A DNA stretch of 64,000 nucleotides. It comes from Octopus vulgaris. Taxonomy: Eukaryota. The notes beneath the pieces were generated by a model. It saw nothing but the letters and a program-made list of their open reading frames with translations. It made no database searches and was not told where the DNA came from. Every line of letters starts with the position of its first letter. Positions within the stretch are counted from its first letter, which is position 1. This document shows, piece after piece, positions 1-11,740 of the stretch. The stretch covers positions 41,850,001 to 41,914,000 of the forward strand of contig OX597832.1 of NCBI GenBank assembly GCA_951406725.2. The letters are read 5' to 3'. Both the position numbers and the translations under genes were made by a program.

Positions 1-354
1 ATATAAAAGATTAAAGACTGAAACAAGCAAAAGATAAAAGAATAAAGACTGAAACAAGTAAAAGATAAAAGATTAAAGACTGAAACAAGTAAAAGATAAA
101 AGATTAAAGACTGAAACAAGCAAAATATAAAAGATTAAAGACTGAAACAAGCAAAAGATAAAAGAATAAAGACTGAAACAAGTGAAAGATAAAATATTAA
201 AGACTGAAGCAAGTGAAAGATAAAAGATTAAAGACTGAAGCAAGTAAAAGATAAAAGATTAAAGACTGAAGCAAGTAAAAGATAAAAGATTAAAGACTGA
301 AGCAAGTGAAAGATAAAAGATTAAAGACTGAAGCAAGTAAAAGATAAAAGATTG
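1..354 (+). repeat. 31-bp minisatellite (aaagactgaa[a/g]caagtaaaagataaaagatt), about 11 copies, cut by the window edge
   Basis: Period 31 seen directly. The unit resembles the SINE tail gactgaaacaagtaaaaga. Confidence 0.9.
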
Positions 355-3300
355 AATATATGTGCATGTGTGTAAGATGATCTTCATTCAGTTTCCATCA
401 ACAAAATCCATTCACAAGGTTTTGGTTGGCCCAGGGATATTGTAGAACTTAACCCAAAGTGCTACACAGTGGGACAGAACTTGAAACCAGGTAACGATCT
501 GGTAACGATCACACTCGAATGGTGCCTTTTATGTGCCACTGGCATGGAAGCTGGTTAGCCGCTCTGTCAACGATCACGCTCGTATGGTGCTCTTTGCACC
601 CCGCTAGTACGGATGCCAGTCATCGAATGTGATTTTGATTTCACTTGCCGCAACAGGTCTTCGCAAGCAGAGTTTAGTGTCCAAAGAAGGAAAAGGTATG
701 CATAAGCGGGCTGGTTATGCTCCTGGCACCGGCCACAGGTTATGGTCTCATTTGGCTTGCCAGGTCTTTGCAAGCACAGCATATTTCCAAAAGTTTTGGT
801 CGCTAGTGCCGGTGGCACGTAAAAGGGCACCATTCGAGCATGATCATTACCAACGTCGCCTTACTAGAACCTGTGCTGGTGGCATGTGTAAAAAGATTCG
901 AGAACTTGAAACCAGGTATTCAGAATAAAATTCAGCACTGAATACATTCCGGTTAAATTTACAATTGAAAAATAGGATAAAATCTTTATAAGACTCTGTA
1001 AGAATCCCTCCTAGCGTGAGGCATTTATGTATAGTAATGCCCTTAATATAAATAAATATATATAAGAGGAATAATTGATGGATTTTTCCCTTATGAGGTT
1101 TTTCACGTTAACTACTTGATAAATTCTTATAAAGATTTTATCCTATTTTAACACCTGTGTCACCCTCACAGGCCTGTTCATACTATCAAAATAAACCCTT
1201 TTTCATTATAACAGTAATAATAATGGTTTAAAATTTTAGCAAAAGGCCAGTCTATTTAGGGAGGGAGTTTAGTTGCATGAGTAAATACGTTATAATTTAA
1301 GTTCTGCATGTTTTCAAAATAGTGAAGGGTTGAAGTTAAGACTGAGTTTCATAAGTGAAGGCGTGGCTGTGAAATAAGAAGCTTGTTTCCCAACCAAATG
1401 CTTCCGGCTTAGTTCCACTATCTGACACCTTGGACAAGTGTCTTCTATTATAGCCTCAGGCCAACCTAAGCCTTGTGAGTAGATTTGGTAGATGGAAACT
1501 GAAAGAAGACTAATTATATATATATCATCATCATCATCATCATCATATATATAATTCCAAGAGAGTTAGAGGTTGTGAATTCAACCAAGGGATAGTATCT
1601 ATCCAATATACTGCTGGTAGGATACCCGATTATTAATACACAAGTGTTTTTTCATTGCATGGCAATTACATTACCGAGTGTAATAAATGGGTGAGGGTAA
1701 AAAGTTATTTTACCCTTTAATTTATATAGCAATAAGAAAATGGAGGGGATCAACTTTTAGACATTATACTATGTCTATATATTTATTTTTTTTAAAAAGA
1801 CAATTATAGCAATATACATACATGTATAACATATTATGTTTTACATATATAATATATAAAATATAAAATATAAAAATACCAGTAATTATTAAAATATATA
1901 ACATCTTAATCTTATCTACCAAAATGCTTCAGTTCACTGGTGGGATAAGAGTAGCATGGGGCGCTATGGCCCCTTGGCTGAAACAGCTGTAAGATTTTAT
2001 CCTACTTTCTATGTTCTATGTTATATATTTTAATAATTACTGGTATTTTTGTATCTTATATATTATATATGTAAAGCATGTGGAGGCACGTGGCTTAGTG
2101 GTTAGGGTGTCAGCATCATGATCATAAGATTGTGGTTTCAATTCTTGGACCAGGTGAGGCTTTGTGTTCTTGAGCAAAACACTTCATTTCACATTGCTGC
2201 AGTCCACTAAGCTGGCAAAAATGAGTAACGCTGCAATGGACTGGTGTCACGTCCGGCTGTGGAACACATACGCCATAGAAACTGGGAAACCGGGCCCATG
2301 AGCCTGGCTAGGCTTGAAAAGGACACAGACACACAAACACATACACATATATATACATATATATACGATGGGCTTCTTTCAGTTTCCATCTACCAAATCC
2401 ACTCACAAAGCTTTGGTCGGCCCAAGGCTACACGAGAAGACACTTGCCCAAGGTGTCACACAGAGGGACTGAACCCGGAACCATGTGGTTTGTAAGCAAG
2501 CTACTTACCACACAGCTAATCAATTCTGCAAATGTTTCCCAGCACAGCATATATTTATTTATTTATTTATTGCTCACAAGGGGCTAAACATAGAGGGGAC
2601 AAACAAGGACAGACAAACAGATTAAGTTGATGATATAGATTCCAGTGCGTAACTGGTACTTTATTTATCGACCCCGAAAGTATGAAATGCAAAGTTGACT
2701 TTGGCGAAATTTGAACTCAGAACATAACAGCAGACGAAATACTGCTAAGCATTTCGACCGGTGTGCTAACGTTTCTGCCAGCTCGCCGCCTAAGCGATAT
2801 TGCTAGTAGTAGAACTAAAAGTCTAAAAGTATGATGAAACCAGTATATTTCATAATCCTGTCTTTCTGTTTAGCTTTTTATTATTTTCTACTCTCTAGAT
2901 TCCTCTACGATTCTCTCTGTCTCCGTCTCTGTCTATCTGTCTCTGTCTGTCTCTCTCTCTGTCTTTCCTTCTTCCCCTCGTCCCATTTTTTAAACCCTAC
3001 ATGTACTGACCACTGAAAAGTCAAACCACACCTCTCAATGATACTGGAGCCTCACAAGTCTTAAGATTACTTACAAAAACCATAGACACTGACCCTATCC
3101 TTTACCCCTCACCACTACCAACCGCCTTCCCTCTACTCCAACTACTTGACTAAAAAAATGTACGATCTATCTTTTAACCCCAAAATCTCATGACGATGTT
3201 CATGGTAGTAGTGGTGTGAGAGGGCAATATTTTTAGGAGTGACAATAAGGAGAGAAGTGGCTACGGCTATGATGACTCTGATGATGATGACGCTAATTAC

Positions 3301-3711
3301 AAAGTGATAATAGGGATATTGATATTGATGATGATGATGATGACAATGATGATGCTGGTGGTGGTGGTGGTAATTTTTTTTGTTGTTTGTCTTTTGCTTG
3401 TTTCAGTCATTGGACTGCGGCCATGCTGGGGCACTGCCTCGAAGGGTCTCAGTCGAACAGATGGACTCCCAGTACTTATCTTTTTAAGTCTGGTGCTTCT
3501 TTTGCCAACAACACCTGTCGTCAAGGGGTGGGAGACGGCATGCATGCGCACATGCACACACACACACACATGCCGGGTAGGCCAAAAGTCATGCACAAAA
3601 TAATTTAAATATGCTGCAGAATTGTCAAAGACATACTTCAACTTTTCTAAAATTGAATAAAATAAATAAGATAATGATGAATGCACACATACTTGTGCAT
3701 GAAGAACAAAA

Positions 3712-3770
<59 letters not shown>

Positions 3771-4164
3771 TACCCTTTCTACTATAGGCACAAGGCCTGT
3801 AATTTGGGGTGAGGGGGCTAGTCAATTATATCGACCCCTGGTTTGACTGGTACTTATTTTATCAGCATCAAAGTTGACCTCAATGGAATTTGAACTCAGA
3901 ATGTAAAGACAGACAAAATACATATTTCTGTACTGCCCATAAGGGGCTACACACAGAGGGGACAAACAAGGACAGACAAACGGATTAAGTCGATTATGAA
4001 TTGACCCCAGTGCGTAACTGGTACTTAATTTATCGACCCCGAAAGGATGAAAGGCAAAGTTGACCTCGGCGGAATTTGAACTCAGAACGTAGCGGCAGAC
4101 AAAATACCGCTAAGCATTTTGCCCAGCATGCTAATGATTCTGCCAGCTTACAACCTTGATGATG

Positions 4165-4239
<75 letters not shown>

Positions 4240-4244
4240 GGGAT

Positions 4245-4350
4245 GTCAGAAACATCTAGATAATATCCCAGGAGAACCATGTCTCAGAGGAATCCAAAAG
4301 ACTATAGTGACAAGTACTGCCCACAACCTTAGAGAAATTCTTATCAATTT
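4245..4350 (+). mobile_element. 3' fragment of an RLE-type non-LTR retrotransposon (R4/Dong-like)
   Basis: Translates QKHLDNIPGEPCLRGIQKTIVTSTAHNLREIL, directly after (AAT)n at 4165..4240. Confidence 0.55.
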
Positions 4351-4832
4351 AAATGTATGTGTTGTATCACATGAAGATATTTCGCTACTTGCCCTCCCTG
4401 ATCTTTCATTCATACTGTAACATCTCTTATCCTTCACTCGCCCTAGGATGCTGAGTGTGTGTGTGTTTGTGTGTGTACTTCTGCTTCCTTATATGTGTGT
4501 GTGTGTGTGAAAGCGCATGCTTGAGTGTATCTTTGCATATGAGTTTGTGTACACACACAGACATATATAGGCATATACACACAGAGATATACAGCCATAT
4601 TCAACAGGTGCGCCTGCACACACACACTCAAGCATGCACGCACAAGGAAAAAGTACACATGCAAACACACACAAGCACACACACATGCATACATACAAAA
4701 ACATATGAGCACGCACGCACACAGACACATGAATATGCAGAATACATACATACGTACATACATATGCAAGTACATGCACACAATGGCATGCACGGACACA
4801 CACACACTTGTAACAAGGTATCAAGCAGGCAA

Positions 4833-5416
4833 GGTGGTGAGCTGGCGGAAACATTATCACGCCGGGCAAAATGCGTAGCCGTATTTTGTCTGCCGTTACG
4901 TTCTGAGTTCAAATTCCGCCGAGGTCGACTTTGCCTTTCATCCTTTCGGGGTCGATAAATTAAGTACCACTTACGCACTGGGGTCAATATAATCGACTTA
5001 ATCCGTTTGTCTGTCCTTGTTTGTCCTCTCTGTGTTTAGCCCCTTGTGGGTAGTAAAGAAATAGGTATTTCGTCTGTCATTCCGTTTTGAGTTCAAATTC
5101 CGGCGAGGTCAATTTTGCCTTTCATCCTTTCGGGGTCGATAAATTAAGGACCAGTTATGCACTGGGGTCAATGTAATCGACTTAATCCGTTTGTCCTCTC
5201 TGTGTTTAACCCCTTGTGGGTAGCAAAGAAATAGGTATTTCATCAGCTGTTATGTTCTGAGTTCAAATTCCGCCGAGGTCGACTTTGCCTTTCATCCTTT
5301 CGGGTCGATAAATTAAGGACCAGTTATGCACTGGGGTCGATGTAATCGACTTAATCCGTTTGTCTGTCCTTGTTTGTCCCCTCTGTGTTTAGCCTTTTGT
5401 GGGTAGTAAAGAAATA
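4833..5416 (+). mobile_element. tRNA-derived SINE family A, head-to-tail trimer
   Basis: Head gagctggcggaaac, B-box gagttcaaattcc, core gcctttcatcctttcggggtcgataaattaagtacc, tail aaagaaata repeated three times. Confidence 0.9.
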
Positions 5417-5470
5417 GGTATGAAGCAGACGAAGTCAAAAGTCATAGATAAGGTTGCAAGTAGCAATTAA

Positions 5471-5634
5471 GAGAGTTTTGACAAACAAAAACAAAACAAA
5501 TGACTGACAGTTTAACAAAAATAACAATTGATTAGTTGGTTGGACATTTAACGAGAGTTTTGACAAACAAAAACAAAACAAATGACTGACAGTTTAACAA
5601 AAATAACAATTGATTAGTTGGTTGGACATTTAAC
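5471..5634. repeat. 82-bp direct tandem duplication
   Basis: gagagttttgacaaac...ggacatttaac occurs at 5471 and 5553. Confidence 0.9.
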
Positions 5635-6409
5635 TAATTGGCCAATAATAAAGGAATGGAAGTCAACTAGTGCCCGTATTAATAATATTGGCATAATGAC
5701 TTAACAAAACAATAAAACCGTGTTCCACTAAAGTACATTTTTTCTGTGTAGCTCAGATACCTGTGTGTGTGTGTGTGTGTTTGTGTTTGTGGTTGGCTAA
5801 TTTCCAGCATCACGGCATCACTGCTACAGCTGCTATCATCACTGCTACTACCACCATCACTTCTACCGTAATAACCACTTCTCGCTCTATGCCATATCAC
5901 TCATGGATGTCGGCTGCAACTCAAGAGCACAAATTGGGAGTTTTCGTGACTATAGTGTTGGGACCAGCAAGTACAGTTTGCCAGCCCACGTGCATGTTTT
6001 CACGAGATGCCACAATGAGCTCATCCGTCGTTTGACAGGTTTTGTTTTTAGTCCTGTACAAAGTCCACAACGCCCTCCTCACCTGACAAGATAGGGGAGG
6101 CGCGGCAAGACTTCCACCCACCCCAAAAAACCACCCTTTTTAAAACTTTTTTTTTACACGAACCTCCCCTTTCCAGCTACGGGGAATACAAATCTGCCAA
6201 AAAATTGGCAAAACTCCACATTTCTAAATTACAACCCCCACCCCCATTTCCTTCATTTTAAACTTTTTTCACAATTTTTTTTTCAAAATGTGGAAAAATT
6301 TTCAAAAATCTTTGAAAAATTTCTTTTTAAGAATTTTTTTTTTCTAAATATGCAGAAAAATACGGACATCATGATTCGGACAAAAATTTCAAAACATTTC
6401 TGTACTTAC

Positions 6410-6556
6410 GGTTACGGTTTTACGGTTAGGTTTAGGGTTAGGATTAGGGTTTTAGGGTTAGGGTTAGGGTTAGGGTTTTAGGGTTAGGGTTAAGGTTTTA
6501 GGGTTTTAGGGTTAGGGTTAGGGTTTTAGGGTTAGGGTTAGGGTTTTAGGGTTAGT
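6410..6556 (+). repeat. Interstitial telomere-like (TTAGGG/TTTTAGGG)n tract
   Basis: About 20 units, grading from TTACGG variants into TTAGGG. Confidence 0.92.
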
Positions 6557-7907
6557 GTTGGGGAAAAAAGTCAAAATTGAAGAATTTGGAGGGAATTTCA
6601 CAATACCGATTTTTGGCAATTTTCCAGAACCTCCATATCTGAAAACGGGGATTTTTGGCAAAAATAATTACAAAAATAAACAAATTTGGGAGAAAATGGG
6701 GCAGAGGGCGAAAGTCTTTCCGAGCCGCTGACCACCCGACCATGAAAAAACAGGTAGTAATGAGTTACGTGGTACCAACAGCAGGGTTTTCCTGACCTGA
6801 CCTAACCATAATCACAGTCGTCACCAAGTTCACGACCACCACTTATTATACCATCACAACCACAACCAACACTACCACTCTCACCACCATCACCACCACG
6901 ACAAACAACAAGGGGACCTCTACATGGTAGCTCGATCTGCTAGAAATAACAGCCAGTTTCCACCAAGTTTTTCCCAAATCACCTTAAAAAAATAACAAAA
7001 AGGTGAGTCCAAAGATATAATCAAATGATGACAGCCGGAAAATCTTTCATCATAGTTCTACTTGATCAAGGTCGGCCTGGGGCTAAACAATAGCAACTAA
7101 TAACGTGCCTGCTCCATTTGCTAGAAACAGCAGCCAAATCTCCCGCAAATTGCACCTTAACTCTCTTGAAAAACAAAGATATATTGGATAAGATATTCCT
7201 GGAAACACTGTGTCGGAATGAAAGATGCAATGATTATGGTTGGAATGCTCCTCAATCCAGGTTGTCCTAGGGCTAAACAACGACTTCACTACAAGTCAGC
7301 AAGGACGCCACGAAATGGTCTTTTGGCCTGCGAGAAATAACAGCCAAATCTTCCTTATATCTCACCTTACTTACTATCTAGATCTAATTATTACGTTTGG
7401 AAAAAGAAGAAAAAAACGGGGTCGTCAGGTCTGATCGATAATTGCTGACTAAAAAAAGACCCCAAAAAGTCGACATCACCGCCATCACCACTTCTACCAC
7501 CACCACCACCATCATCACCATCACTAGCATCACCATCATCCGTATTCTAAGATATTCAGAAATCGATATGAACCATGTTTCTTGAAGAAAATCAATATCT
7601 ATTTTTAAGTTCGGTTTTGTGTGTGTGTGTGTGTAAGAGAGAGAGAATGAGAGAGAAGGGAAAGAGAGGGAGGAGAGAAAATGGTAGAGAAAGAGAGGGA
7701 GGGAGAGTGCTATGTATAGCTGAGCGTCAGCCTTGTGTGTGTGTGTGAACGCGTGTCTTTGATTCTGTGTCAGCAGGAACCGTGTGAATGTGTGTGTGAG
7801 TAGTTGTGCGTGAGTGCGTGTAAGTAATATTATATGTGTGTGCGTTATCGGTGTGTTCGTGTAAAAGGGTACGTGTCAATGTGTGTGTGTGAGAGAGAGA
7901 GAAAGAA

Positions 7908-7951
<44 letters not shown>

Positions 7952-8065
7952 TGTGAAAGACAATGTGTCTATTGTGTTTCGGCACGCGTCGCTCTTTTCC
8001 CCCCTCTCTATATGTATGTGTGTGAAAGAGGGTGAACGCGTGTGTCTGTGAGGGCGTTTCTCTCA

Positions 8066-8074
<9 letters not shown>

Positions 8075-8163
<89 letters not shown>

Positions 8164-8196
8164 GCCTATCTATCAATCTATCTATCTATTTATCTA

Positions 8197-8274
<78 letters not shown>

Positions 8275-8295
8275 ACACACACACACACACACATA
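8075..8295. repeat. (TATC)n and (CA)n microsatellite
   Basis: Seen directly. Confidence 0.95.
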
Positions 8296-8468
8296 TCTAT
8301 CTATCTGTGTGTATGTATGCGAGTGAATGTATATCTATTGTCTGCATATGTGTGTTGCCATGACGAGACCAAGCAGCTTTTAGCTTTATAACTTGGTGCG
8401 TATTGAATAGCAGCCGTCCGTCCTCCTTATTGTCTCTTGTTTTGGTTTTTTTTTCATAATTTTCAGTC

Positions 8469-8664
8469 GGTACTATTTAAGAAGAGTGGTCCCAGTGAGC
8501 GCACTCGCGTATCCGCACTAGCTAGTCGTGACTAGTCGATCCTTACTTTGTGTTTTATTTACTTTGCTAGGTAGTCGTTGTAGGATCGACTAGTCACGAC
8601 TAGCTAGCGCGGATGTGCGACTATGCGAGTGCGCGCACCGGGACCACTCTTCTTAAATAGTACC
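8469..8664. mobile_element. Mutator/MULE-like MITE
   Basis: Long TIRs ggtactatttaagaagagtggtccc / gggaccactcttcttaaatagtacc. Perfect 9-bp TSD ttttcagtc at 8460..8468 and 8665..8673. Confidence 0.9.
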
Positions 8665-8759
8665 TTTTCAGTCTATGAGAACTGTTTTTTTTCGCACTAT
8701 ACTAACTGGAATACTGTTTGATACACGTATCTACATCTATCTATCTATCTATCTATCTA

Positions 8760-8838
<79 letters not shown>

Positions 8839-9269
8839 GACTATTGCATATATAAGATACATACACGTGTGTATGTATGTATGTATGTATGTATGTATGT
8901 ATGTATGTATGTCTTTTATTCTTAATTGGTTCCAGTCATTAGACTGCAGCCATGCTGGGCATACCGCCTTGAAGAATTTTTAGTCGAAAGGAAAAAGCTT
9001 AGAAGGAATGAACCAGTGGAAAACGAAGGAGTATTGATTTTTACACGTGTGATTTGGAGGAGAAAATGCTGAAGTCAGGCAGGCCTGGTCACCCATCAAA
9101 GAAGCCACAGAAATCGACCCCTTATGCAATAAAATGTGCAAATCTTTGGTGGGGATTCAAGAGTCATATAAGGACCACGCATTGCATTATCAGTGACTCA
9201 TTTCCATGATCCTTTCTAGCCGAGGCTTTGCTCGGATACGAGAACGCAACCACTACTCACACACACACA

Positions 9270-9490
9270 CACATCGTTGAAATTTACAGAAAAACAAAAG
9301 ATGAAGACAGGTGTATTAGTTTGACGCTTGGGAAGGTGAGAAAGTCTTTTACGTTTCGAGCCTATGTTCTTCAACAGAAAGGAACACGAGGAAATAAACA
9401 GAGTGAGAATTCTAAAAACTTGTGGAGTTAGCGGTTAATCTTTATATATATATATATACACACACACATATACATACATACATACATACA

Positions 9491-9542
<52 letters not shown>

Positions 9543-9790
9543 CAACTGGCTTCTTTCAGCTTCCGTCTAACAAATCCACTCACAAGGCTTTGGTCGACCC
9601 GAGGCTATAGTATAAATATGGTTCGAATGTACAAAAAACAAAACAAAAAAAAACGGAAGGCAGGTGAGAGAACAACAAACAAGGTGCATTTGACGCTCAA
9701 GGAAAACGGGAAAGTCTTTGACGTTTCAAGCCTACGCTCTTCGACCAAAAGAAACAGGGCAAATAAAACGGAGAGAAACATTAAGGGTTT
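9270..9790 (-). mobile_element. Two fragments of a Penelope-like short repeat
   Basis: Reverse complements match the 20650..20840 element, including the gaagagcgtaggctcgaaacgt motif. A microsatellite and a SINE B fragment lie between them. Confidence 0.55.
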
Positions 9791-10360
9791 CACGTGTCGA
9801 TTTGACTGGAAAGAAGAGGTTAAATGGACGAAGAGATAATAGAAACCTGGCTAAAGTGTGTGCACCAGCTCGTGTGTAAATATGAGGATGATATATGAGT
9901 GTATATGTGTCTATGGGCAAGCGCGTATACATGTATGTGTGGGCAAGCGTAAAGATTATGTGAATGTGTATACGTGTGTGTACGTATGAGAGCGTGTGTG
10001 TGTATGTGTCTGAGTAAACAAGTGCGTGCGTGTGTTCTCCGTATTTATGTGTGTGGACGTATGTATGTGTGAAATGTGTGAGGCTGTGTTACGTACGCGT
10101 GTGCAAACGTGTGTGTAGCAGCTTATGCGTGCGAGTAGCGCATGCGCGTGCCTATGTTCTTGCATGCGTGTGTGTGCTTGTACACAAAATGAGTGTTTGT
10201 GCACCAAGTGTGTGTGTGTGAGAGACACTGTTGTATGCGTGTGTATTATATGGAAGGAGGGATGGTTCACTGCCACTTTCAACGATGTAAATTCGTTGTT
10301 CAATGACCAGTTCACTTCACTGAACTAGCGTTTAAGTAAACCGAGCATTGCAGAGACACG

Positions 10361-10778
10361 TGGGATCTTTTCGGTTTGAACGGCAGTTTTTTAAAATAAT
10401 TTCCACGTAACTAAACACTTATAAACTTCGTATACTGGTAGAATGTGTTACATAAAACATCTTTTTCTCTTGGCTTTATTGAGAAAATTCTATAGTTTGT
10501 AAGATATTTGTTGTTTCTTTCCTTCAATTTCTGCAATTTCAACCAATCAATGACGTCTATTGAGGTGAAAACATTCTGTGTCGTATGAATATGTCCCTCG
10601 TTTAAGAAACAGATTGGGTTTATTTACATTTGTGAAGAAAAAAAATACCCTTCCCCTACCCCTAACCCTAACCCTAAAACAGATTGAAATGCAATAGATC
10701 GATACAAGGGTCATGATTATGGGTGGCAATTTCATGACACCGCTAGAAAAAACTGCCGTTCAAACCGAAAAGATCCCA
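10361..10778. mobile_element. MITE with 32-bp perfect TIRs and an internal (CCCTAA) tract
   Basis: tgggatcttttcggtttgaacggcagtttttt at 10361..10392, with its exact reverse complement at 10747..10778. ccctaaccctaaccctaa near 10660. Confidence 0.88.
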
Positions 10779-11400
10779 AAGCTGTGCCTTTTAATTACGG
10801 ATGCAATCCCTCCGAAAGGATTCTATACAGTTTCCATCAATACAGCTTTCTTACAAGTTATGGGGCGAGTCGAAATTGTAGAAAATGACGTTTTTGGCCT
10901 TAGATGCCTTGTAGAGGAATCGAATCCGGGACCTCGTGATTGGAAAGCAAACTTCTTACTCGTTCAGCCAGCGACCCATTGTTTAAACATACAATTATGA
11001 ATATTCGAGATTTTGTTTTGACCTCAGTTGATCTCAAAATATGTTGAGATTGCAATTAACACAGACGCCCGTTCCCATTTCGTAGCTCTGCATTGTATTT
11101 AGATTGTATTCAAGGCCTACATCCACAACCTGTTTACAAACATTACCGACGAAGGGACTTTTACATGGGTCGTTAGGCTTGCTAAAAATGGCAGTCACGT
11201 CTCTTCAACTCTCACACCCTGCCTGTACGTCTTAAAAAAAGATTGGTTGGATAATGCGAAACTGGGCTCCTTGCACATGGGAGAAAGATGGGATGGTCAA
11301 GGCTGGAATACCTTTGATCATAGGTCTGCTCGATAAGGGCTCTAAACTGGGGCTAGCTGTACACAAATATATGAGATAAGAGAAACATAAATATATATAT

Positions 11401-11410
11401 TTAGATAGAC

Positions 11411-11460
<50 letters not shown>

Positions 11461-11501
11461 GTAGGTAGGTAGGTAGGTAGGTAGGTAGGTAGGTAGGTAG
11501 G

Positions 11502-11536
<35 letters not shown>

Positions 11537-11561
11537 GTAGGTAGGTAGGTAGGTAGGTAGG

Positions 11562-11624
<63 letters not shown>

Positions 11625-11653
11625 GTAGGTAGGTAGGTAGGTAGGTAGGTAGT

Positions 11654-11740
<87 letters not shown>
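11401..11740. repeat. Compound (TAGA)n/(TAGG)n microsatellite
   Basis: Seen directly. Confidence 0.95.

Noticed and set aside
6410-6556. True chromosome end or telomere fusion
   Set aside because: The tract is short and degenerate, has one orientation, and has ordinary sequence on both sides.
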